The notes beneath the pieces were generated by a model. That model saw nothing but the letters and a program-made list of their open reading frames with translations. It was not told the DNA's origin and ran no database searches. From Nitrosotalea sp. (GTDB taxonomy: Bacteria > Methylomirabilota > Methylomirabilia > Rokubacteriales > CSP1-6), in NCBI GenBank assembly GCA_035519555.1, contig DATIWG010000004.1:6037-70036 (forward strand): 64,000 nt of DNA, given 5' to 3'. Shown here one piece after another: positions 18,672-25,783 of the stretch; positions within the stretch are counted from its first letter, which is position 1; every line of letters starts with the position of its first letter. Both the position numbers and the translations under genes were made by a program.

Positions 18672-19438
18672 ACGGCCCCCGCGCTCGCCCGCTGGACGAC
18701 CCGGCGCAGCGCCTCGAGATGCGGAAAGCGGGAGGCGAAGCGCGGCGGCATCAGGCTGTGGCCGACCTCGCCGAGGTGGTCGACCGGCCACGGCGGCTCC
18801 GCGAGCGGCCTCCAGGACGCGGACGCCACGCTGACCAGCCCGTCGTTGTCCCGCTCCTCCGGCGTTCGGCCCACGTCCCGGATGTACGCGAACGTGACCC
18901 GGAGCAGGAAGGATTGCGCGCCCGAGCCCGCGTAGCAGTAGCACGCGACGTCGCCGATGTCCGGGTACTCGTCATTGAAGCGCCGGGCGTAGCCGGTGGT
19001 GAGATTGTCGAGCGCCCCGGTGCGCAGGCCCAGAACGCCCACGACGCGGCGGAGCCCGTTGTAGAGCCGGCGGCGCATCATGCGCCGATCCGGCTCGGGC
19101 CCCACGATGAAGTCCGCGATCGGGCTTCCCCGGTGCGGGCTGCCGATCGTGGAGAGCGAGGCGATCCGCCCGGCGAGCCCCGAGAGGTTTCGCCGGAGGA
19201 GGTAGCGCGCGTCGAGTCCGCCCATGCTGTGCGCCACGATGTGGATGGGCCCGCCCGGATCGGGAAACCGGAAGCGCATGATCTCGTCGGCCAGCACCCG
19301 GGCCCGCGTGTCGATGGAGCCCGTGAGCGGGACTCGCGGGAAGCAGGCGCCCGGGAACTCGGCGCGGGCGCCCCGGAAGTAGTCCTGCATGAAGACGCGC
19401 TGCGGGAACAGGAACCCGGACGCGAAGACCAGGTTCAA
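18668..19438 (-). CDS. Triacylglycerol lipase/esterase family protein
   Basis: AHSMGGLDARY, TIGSPHRGS, NDGLVSVASA, DHL: Ser-Asp-His triad. Confidence 0.85.
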   Translation of the reverse strand: MNLVFASGFLFPQRVFMQDYFRGARAEFPGACFPRVPLTGSIDTRARVLADEIMRFRFPDPGGPIHIVAHSMGGLDARYLLRRNLSGLAGRIASLSTIGSPHRGSPIADFIVGPEPDRRMMRRRLYNGLRRVVGVLGLRTGALDNLTTGYARRFNDEYPDIGDVACYCYAGSGAQSFLLRVTFAYIRDVGRTPEERDNDGLVSVASASWRPLAEPPWPVDHLGEVGHSLMPPRFASRFPHLEALRRVVQRASAGAV

Positions 19439-19448
19439 CCAGCGCGTC

Positions 19449-20663
19449 CTACTTCTTCACGAGCGGGCAGCCGCCCTCGCTGAGCGGGCGGAACGCCTGC
19501 TCGCCCGGGATCGTGGTGATGATCTTGGCCATGTCCCACTCGCCCTTCGACTCCTCCGGCGTCTTCACCTGCATCAGATACATGTCGCGGATCACGCGGC
19601 CGTCCTCGCGGATGCGGCCGTTCCGGGTCATGAAGTCGTTGATCGGCGTGTCCTTCATCTTGGCCATGACCGCCTTGGCCTCGTCGGTCCCGGCCGCCTT
19701 CACCGCCTTCAGGTAGTGCATGGTCGCGCCGTACGTGCCGGCCTGGATCATGGTGGGCGGCATGCCCTTGGCTGCCGCGAACCGATCGCTGAAGGCGCGC
19801 GCCTCCGGGGTCATGTCCCAGTAGAACGAGCTGGCCATCAGGAGCCCCTGGGCGGTCTTGAGCCCGAGCGCGCGGACTTCCGGGTACTGGATGAGCAAAG
19901 CCGCCACGCGCTGGCCGCCCCGGTCGAGACCGAACTCGTTGGCCTGCTTGATCGCGTTGGTGATGTCGGAGCCTCCGTTGGCCATGACCACCACCTTCGC
20001 GCGGGAGGCCTGCGCCTGCAGCAGGTACGACGAGAAGTCCGCGGTGTTCAGCGGGTGTCGGGTCGAGCCCACCACCTTGCCGCCCGCGGCCTTCACGAAC
20101 TCGCTCGCGTTCTGCTCGAGCGCGATGCCGAAGGCGTAGTCGACCGTGATGAAGAACCACGAGTCGCCGCCCTGCTTGACGATGGCGTTGGCGATGGTCT
20201 TGCTCTGACCGTAGGTGTCGTAGACCCAGTGCACGCTGTGGGCGGAGCAGGCCTTGCCGGTCAGCTCGGCGGTGGCCGCGCCGGTCGGCATCACGAGCCG
20301 GTTCGTCTGCTCGGCGAGCTTGACCACGCCCAGCGCGATCGCGGAGTGGGGGATGCCGACGATGAGGTCCACCTGGTCCTGCTCGTACCACCGCCGCGCG
20401 ATCCCGACGCCGACGTCGACCTTGTTCTGCATGTCGGCCGAGACCACCTCGATCGGCTTGCCGAGCACGGTGCCCCCGAAGTCCGCCACCGCCATCCGTA
20501 CCGCGAGGAGATCACCGGGGCCGGTGTTCTCCGAGTACGGTCCGGACATGTCGTCGAGCACGCCGATCTTCACCGCGCCGTCCTGGGCGGCGCCCGGTGC
20601 CGTCGACAGGATTGCGAGACCCAGCGCCACCACCGTCGTCCCGATCCAGCGCGTCCCACGCAT
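19449..20663 (-). CDS. Branched-chain amino acid-type ABC substrate-binding protein
   Basis: Signal peptide; KIGVLDDMSGPY, DYAFG, HPLNTADFSSYLLQAQ, GRIREDGRV. Confidence 0.9.
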   Translation of the reverse strand: MRGTRWIGTTVVALGLAILSTAPGAAQDGAVKIGVLDDMSGPYSENTGPGDLLAVRMAVADFGGTVLGKPIEVVSADMQNKVDVGVGIARRWYEQDQVDLIVGIPHSAIALGVVKLAEQTNRLVMPTGAATAELTGKACSAHSVHWVYDTYGQSKTIANAIVKQGGDSWFFITVDYAFGIALEQNASEFVKAAGGKVVGSTRHPLNTADFSSYLLQAQASRAKVVVMANGGSDITNAIKQANEFGLDRGGQRVAALLIQYPEVRALGLKTAQGLLMASSFYWDMTPEARAFSDRFAAAKGMPPTMIQAGTYGATMHYLKAVKAAGTDEAKAVMAKMKDTPINDFMTRNGRIREDGRVIRDMYLMQVKTPEESKGEWDMAKIITTIPGEQAFRPLSEGGCPLVKK

Positions 20664-20757
20664 CGGCGATCCTCCTTTGGACCTGGTCTGGCCGGCATCC
20701 TGCGCTGGCGCGCCCCTCCGGGTCAAGTACAGTAGAGGTCAACCGAAGGAGGCGCCC

Positions 20758-21177
20758 ATGCCGCAGGCCCTGTCCCAGGAGATCAAGCAGCTCGTCGACC
20801 GCCCGAACTTCGCCCACCTCTCGACCCTGATGCCCGACGGCTCGCCCCAGAGCGTGCCGGTCTGGGTCGGGCGCGAGGGCGACCGGATCCTCGTCTGCAC
20901 CGGCGAGGGCTCGCTGAAGGCCGCCAATACCCGCCGCGATCCCCGGGTGGCGCTGTCGATCGTGGACTTCCGGAATCCCTACGAGGAGGCGCAGCTCCGC
21001 GGCCGCGTCGTGGAGCGCCGGCCCGACCGCGACTTGCGAATCATGGATCCGCTGTCGCTCAAGTACACCGGTAAGGCCTTCCCGTTTCGCAACCCGGAGG
21101 GGCGGATGGCACTGGTCATCGAGATCGACAAGGCCCGCTACGCCAAGCTGCCCTTCGAGCACACGCCGCCGCGCTGA
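20758..21177 (+). CDS. PPOX-class (putatively F420-dependent) oxidoreductase
   Basis: AHLSTLMPDGSPQSVPVW, KAANTRRDPRVALS. Confidence 0.85.
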   Translation: MPQALSQEIKQLVDRPNFAHLSTLMPDGSPQSVPVWVGREGDRILVCTGEGSLKAANTRRDPRVALSIVDFRNPYEEAQLRGRVVERRPDRDLRIMDPLSLKYTGKAFPFRNPEGRMALVIEIDKARYAKLPFEHTPPR

Positions 21178-21189
21178 GCGCGGCCGCGA

Positions 21190-22305
21190 CTAGCCGCCGA
21201 GGAGCGTTTCCAGGGGCGTCGCCGCCTCGCCGAGCGCCGCGGCGACCGCCGGGTGTGCGATGCGCCCGCGCCAGACGTTGACCCCCTTGGCGAGCGGGGC
21301 GTTGCGGCGGATGGCGGCCACGAGGCCGCGGCCCGCCAGATCGAGCACGTAGGGCAGGGTGGCGTTGGTCAGCGCGAACGTGGACGTACGCGGAACGAGC
21401 GCGGGCATGTTGGCGACGCCGTAGTGGACGACACCGGACACCACGTAGGTGGGATCGAGCAGCGTAGTGGGGTGGATCGTCTCCACGCTCCCGCCCTGGT
21501 CCACCGCCACGTCCACGATCACCGAGCCCTCCTTCATGGAGGCCACCATCTCCTTGGTGATGAGCACCGGGGCGCGGGCGCCGGTGATCAGCACGGCGCC
21601 CACCAGCAGATCGGCGCGCCGCAGCACCTGACCGATGTTGAAGCTGTTCGACATGAGCGTGATCACGCGCCCGTGGAACAGGTCGTCGACGGCGCGGAGC
21701 CGATCGAGGTTGACGTCCAGGATCGAGACGTCGGCGCCGAGGCCCAGCGCGATGCGCGCGGCGTTGACGCCGACGGTGCCGGCGCCCAGGACCACGATGT
21801 TGCCGGGCGGCACGCCGGGCACGCCGGCGAGCAGGATCCCGCGGCCCCCGCGCGCCCGGGTGAGGTAGGACGCGCCCTCCTGGACCGACAGTCGTCCCGC
21901 CACCTCGCTCATCGGGGCCAGCAGGGGCAGGCTGCCGTCCGGCCGCTGGACCGTCTCGTAGGCGATGGCCACGACGTCGGTGGTCTGCAGCGCCCGCGCC
22001 AGCTCGGGCACCGCGGCCAGGTGGAGATAGGTGAAGAGGATCTGGCCCGGGCGCATGCGGCCGTACTCCTCGGACAGCGGCTCCTTCACCTTCAGGATCA
22101 GCTCGGCCCGCGCCCACGCCTCGTCCACCGACGCGAGCGCGGCGCCCTCGCGCGTGTACTCCTCGTCGCGGATGCTGCTGCCCAGCCCGGCCGCGCGCTC
22201 GACGAGCACGCGGTGCCCGGCCTCGGCGAGCGCCCGTGCGCCCGCCGGCGTCAGCGCCACCCGCTGCTCGCCCGGCTTGATCTCGCGCGGTACCCCGATG
22301 ATCAC
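21190..22305 (-). CDS. ald: Alanine dehydrogenase
   Basis: [57 protein letters not shown]. Confidence 0.95.
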   Translation of the reverse strand: MIIGVPREIKPGEQRVALTPAGARALAEAGHRVLVERAAGLGSSIRDEEYTREGAALASVDEAWARAELILKVKEPLSEEYGRMRPGQILFTYLHLAAVPELARALQTTDVVAIAYETVQRPDGSLPLLAPMSEVAGRLSVQEGASYLTRARGGRGILLAGVPGVPPGNIVVLGAGTVGVNAARIALGLGADVSILDVNLDRLRAVDDLFHGRVITLMSNSFNIGQVLRRADLLVGAVLITGARAPVLITKEMVASMKEGSVIVDVAVDQGGSVETIHPTTLLDPTYVVSGVVHYGVANMPALVPRTSTFALTNATLPYVLDLAGRGLVAAIRRNAPLAKGVNVWRGRIAHPAVAAALGEAATPLETLLGG

Positions 22306-22466
22306 GCCTGGAGCGTACCATCACTTCGCGGCGGGGCCATGGAGGGAAGCCCCCGGGCCCCGGCTCGGCACCGGGAAGGCCCGCGGGCCCCCGCGGGCCG
22401 GGTGGGGCCGCGCTGCACGCTCCCAGCCTGCGGGTGGGGCTGGCCTGTCGCGGTAGACTGACCGAC

Positions 22467-22760
22467 ATGCTGCGCGATCCGGTGATCTGGCTGTTCGGGC
22501 TCTCGGTGGCCCTCCTGGTCGTCGGCGTGCTGGGCGTGATCCTCTCCACTCGCCGCGACCGCGAGAGAGAGCAGGCGAGCGGCACCGCGGACATCGAACT
22601 GGGCGCGCAGATGATCCGGTTCCACGAGCTGCAGGCCGAGATCAAGCGGCTGAGCGCGGAAGGCGAGCGGGTTCGCGCGGAGCGCGACGAGCTGCAGGCC
22701 GTGCTCGCCCGCCTCTCCTCCCTGCTGGAGCGCGCGCCGACCTCCGGCGCCTCCCGCTGG
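22467..22760 (+). CDS. Membrane-anchored coiled-coil hypothetical protein; no stop codon, reads in frame into the next gene
   Basis: N-terminal TM helix then heptads LQAEIKRLSAEGERVRAERDELQ; the frame continues to 23306, so the end given here is inferred. Confidence 0.55.
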
Positions 22761-22847
22761 CGACGGAGGGGATTGCGCGTTTCACAACCGGCCGGACCCG
22801 GGGTCTCAGAAGCGGTAGATGAGACCCATTCCACCGGGGAGGCACCC

Positions 22848-23306
22848 ATGAGCGACAAGGCGGCACTGCTGCGCGAGGCGGCCCAGGCGTTCGGTGAGCT
22901 GAGGGAGTCCATCCAGGGGATGTCGGACGACGAGATGCGCCGGGTCTGGCTGGGGAGCTGGGGCGTGCGCGAGATCCTGATCCACATCTCGGGCTGGCAC
23001 GACGAGATGGCCCCGGCGCTGGGGCGGATCGCCAAGGGCGAGGCGGCGTATCCGGCCGGCACCTACGACGACTTCGACGCGTGGAACGCGCGATTCGTGG
23101 ACCGGAAGAGCAGCGTGAAGACGGCCGACGTGCTCGCGGAGCTGGAGGCATCGCACCGCGCGTTCCTCGCCGCCGCCGCCGCGGTGCCCGACCGTCTCTT
23201 CGCCCCGGGCGGCGGGGCTCGCGAGCCGTTCGAAGGCGCCGGGGCGGGGCACTATCGCGAGCACACCGCGCAGATCCGCCAGTGGCGGCAGGCGAAGGCC
23301 TCATGA
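22848..23306 (+). CDS. DinB/ClbS/DfsB-like four-helix-bundle protein
   Basis: Own GGGGAGG RBS; WGVREILIHISGW, C-terminal HYREH. Confidence 0.75.
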   Translation: MSDKAALLREAAQAFGELRESIQGMSDDEMRRVWLGSWGVREILIHISGWHDEMAPALGRIAKGEAAYPAGTYDDFDAWNARFVDRKSSVKTADVLAELEASHRAFLAAAAAVPDRLFAPGGGAREPFEGAGAGHYREHTAQIRQWRQAKAS

Positions 23307-23881
23307 GGCCGCTCGGCTTCACGCTCTTCGACACCGAGATCGGCCGCTGCGGTATCGCCTGGAGCGAGGGCGGCATCGCGGGCGTGCAGCTGCCCGAGGG
23401 CAGCGAGCTGGCCATGCGGGCACGCATGCTGCGGCGCTTTCCGGGCGCCCGCGAGGCTCCGCCGCCGGCCGCCGTGCAGCGGGCCATCGACGGCGTCGTG
23501 GCGCTACTGCGGGGGGAGTCGAGCGACCTCGAGACGGTCGCGCTCGACATGGACGGCGTGCCGCCGTTCGAGCGCAGCGTGTACGAGGTCGCCCGCACGA
23601 TCCCGCCCGGCGCGACGCTCTCCTACGGCGAGGTGGCGGCGCGGCTCCGCGCCCCCGGCGCTGCGCGCGACGTGGGCCAGGCTCTCGGCCGCAACCCGTT
23701 TGCGATCGTGGTGCCGTGCCATCGCGTGGTGGCGGCCGGCGGCAAGCTGGGCGGCTTCTCGGCGCGGGGCGGCGTCGCCACCAAGCGCCGTCTGCTGGCC
23801 GTCGAGCGCGCGCAAGGCCGGGGCGCCCTGCCGCTCTTCGCGCTCAGTCCTCCCGGAGCAGCCGACCGTAGCCGGCAATAG
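23303..23881 (+). CDS. ogt: Methylated-DNA--protein-cysteine methyltransferase
   Basis: SYGEVA, ARDVGQALGRNP, active-site PCHRV, GGF. Confidence 0.9.
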   Translation: MRPLGFTLFDTEIGRCGIAWSEGGIAGVQLPEGSELAMRARMLRRFPGAREAPPPAAVQRAIDGVVALLRGESSDLETVALDMDGVPPFERSVYEVARTIPPGATLSYGEVAARLRAPGAARDVGQALGRNPFAIVVPCHRVVAAGGKLGGFSARGGVATKRRLLAVERAQGRGALPLFALSPPGAADRSRQ

Positions 23882-24578
23882 GCTCGCGCACACCCGCGAG
23901 CCGGAGGGCCCGCCACAGGCAGGCCTGGTTGCTGCTGATCACCGGCTTGCCGAGGTCGCGCTCGAGCGTCTCGAGCATCGCCACCGTGGGCAGCCCGGTT
24001 CCGCTCAGCAGCACGGCCTGGGCCTCGCGTGCGTCGGCGTGGCGCGCCAGGAGATAGGCGCGCTCCTCGCTCTCCGCGTAGATGTCCTGCACGTCTATCA
24101 AACGGTGATATCCGACCAGGGTAAAGCCGGCTGCCTCCCAGTACGCCTTGCCCTGCCGGCTGATCGACTCCGGGTACGGGGTGCCGAGCGCGAGGCGGGT
24201 GACGCCGAGATGACGGAGCGCGTCGCACACCGCGTGCGCGGCCAGCAGGGTGGGCGCCCCGGTGCGCTCTGCGATGCGCTCGACGAGTGGGGTCTCCTGG
24301 CCGAAGCCGAGCGCGTAGCTCGAGGCGGTGTGGGCCAGCACGACCACGGCCGGGCGCACCTCGCGGAGCGCGGTCGCGGGGGCGTCGACGCCCTCGCGGT
24401 AGGCACGCGTGCGCTGCTCCATGCCGGCGGCGTCCCCGGCGGGCCCGGCCGACGGCGGCGCCTGCAGCCGCGCGAAGTGCAGGCTCACGCCCTCCGGGGC
24501 CATGCGGTAGAGCTCGGGCTCCACCGTCGGGTTGCCGGGCGGCACGAGCACGCCGATGCGGGCCCGCCAGCCGAACAT
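23844..24578 (-). CDS. Asp/Glu racemase / maleate isomerase / arylmalonate decarboxylase fold protein
   Basis: WRARIGVLVP.GNPTVEPE, TPY, LERDLGKPVISSNQA; the catalytic-Cys positions read HTAS and SGTG. Confidence 0.8.
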   Translation of the reverse strand: MFGWRARIGVLVPPGNPTVEPELYRMAPEGVSLHFARLQAPPSAGPAGDAAGMEQRTRAYREGVDAPATALREVRPAVVVLAHTASSYALGFGQETPLVERIAERTGAPTLLAAHAVCDALRHLGVTRLALGTPYPESISRQGKAYWEAAGFTLVGYHRLIDVQDIYAESEERAYLLARHADAREAQAVLLSGTGLPTVAMLETLERDLGKPVISSNQACLWRALRLAGVREPIAGYGRLLRED

Positions 24579-25783
24579 CAGGCGCCTCCTGGCGCGGCCG
24601 GGGGCGCGGGCGGCGCGTCGACCCCGACCATGCGGACGAAGTTCGCGACGAGGGCCGGGCTGTGGAAGGTGTTCACCCGCTCGGTCAGCACCTTCACCGC
24701 GAACTCCCGCGAGCGGGCCTTCGCGTAGGGCCGGGTGGTGCAGATCGCGTCGTAGACGTCGGAGATCGAGGTCATCTGGCTCGCGAGCGTGGGGCGCCGG
24801 TTGACCCGCGGCACCGGGTAGTTCGGCTGGCCGTCGTAGCGCATGTGGTGCTCGTAGGCCACCAGGATGGCGAGGGGATGGGTGCCCTCGACGCCGCACA
24901 GATGCGTGGCGCCTTCCTGGGCGTGGCTCATCATGACCCTCCACTCCTCGCCCTCGAGCTTGCCCGGCTTGTTCAGGACCTCGAGCGGGATCTTGAGCTT
25001 GCCGATGTCGTGCAGGAACGCGGCGAGCCCGATCGCGTGCAGCCGGGCGCCCTCGATCCCGAACGAGCGTGCCTGGGCCAGGGTCAGGAGCGATACGTTC
25101 ACCGAGTGGACGAACGTGTAGTCGTCGTGGGTCTTGAGCGGTGCCAGCGGCAGGATCTCCCGGGTGGCCCGCTGAAGGGCGTCCATGAGGCTCCACACCA
25201 CCTGCTCGAGCCGGACGAGACCGCCCCGGCGGTCGGTGCGGAACTCGGTGAACGCGTCGCGGGCGCCGTCCACGCTCTGCGCGGTCAGGGCCTCGATCGC
25301 CGAGTCCTCGCCGGGCCCGCCGCCCTGGCCGGGCCCGCCACCGCCGCCCAGGCCGAGGCCGCGTCCGTCGGGAGACAGCAGCTCCACGCGGCCGACCACG
25401 ATGTGGCGGGTCGACACCGGCGCGCCGCCGAGCGCCATCGGGGTCAGGAAGCGCACGCACTCCTCGGTGTCGACGCCGAGAGCGATGGTCAGCCGCTCCA
25501 CGCTCCGGCGGGCGAGGGCGCGGATGAACTGCTGATGGTAGAGGCTCCCGGTCCGGAGCGGTTGGCTCTCGACCACGAGATCCTGTCCCACCACCAGGAA
25601 CGTGAGCGCGTCCTTCTCCATCTCCTGGCACGCTGTCGCGAGCGCCTCCAGGATGCGCTCGACGTGGCTGGCCAGCGCCGGATGATCGGCTCCGTAGAGC
25701 GCGCGCATGTTGATCCCGGCGACCAGGCTCACCACGAGCCGGTCGATCGCGGAGAGCGCGCCCGGCGGCGGTGGCCCGCTCAC
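24578..25783 (-). CDS. HD-GYP family phosphohydrolase (putative cyclic-dinucleotide phosphodiesterase)
   Basis: HDDYTFVHSVNV, LHDIGK, EHHMRYDG..NYP, DVYDA, RPY. Confidence 0.85.
   Translation of the reverse strand: MSGPPPPGALSAIDRLVVSLVAGINMRALYGADHPALASHVERILEALATACQEMEKDALTFLVVGQDLVVESQPLRTGSLYHQQFIRALARRSVERLTIALGVDTEECVRFLTPMALGGAPVSTRHIVVGRVELLSPDGRGLGLGGGGGPGQGGGPGEDSAIEALTAQSVDGARDAFTEFRTDRRGGLVRLEQVVWSLMDALQRATREILPLAPLKTHDDYTFVHSVNVSLLTLAQARSFGIEGARLHAIGLAAFLHDIGKLKIPLEVLNKPGKLEGEEWRVMMSHAQEGATHLCGVEGTHPLAILVAYEHHMRYDGQPNYPVPRVNRRPTLASQMTSISDVYDAICTTRPYAKARSREFAVKVLTERVNTFHSPALVANFVRMVGVDAPPAPPAAPGGA

Noticed and set aside
14340-18944. 1534-aa minus-strand ORF
   Set aside because: Only its last 247 codons (14340-15080) are the START gene; the rest is the antisense shadow of the patatin gene in GC-rich DNA.
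22330-22440. GC-rich palindromic intergenic tract upstream of ald as an ncRNA/riboswitch
   Set aside because: Only short GGGCCC-type palindromes; no recognisable conserved aptamer.
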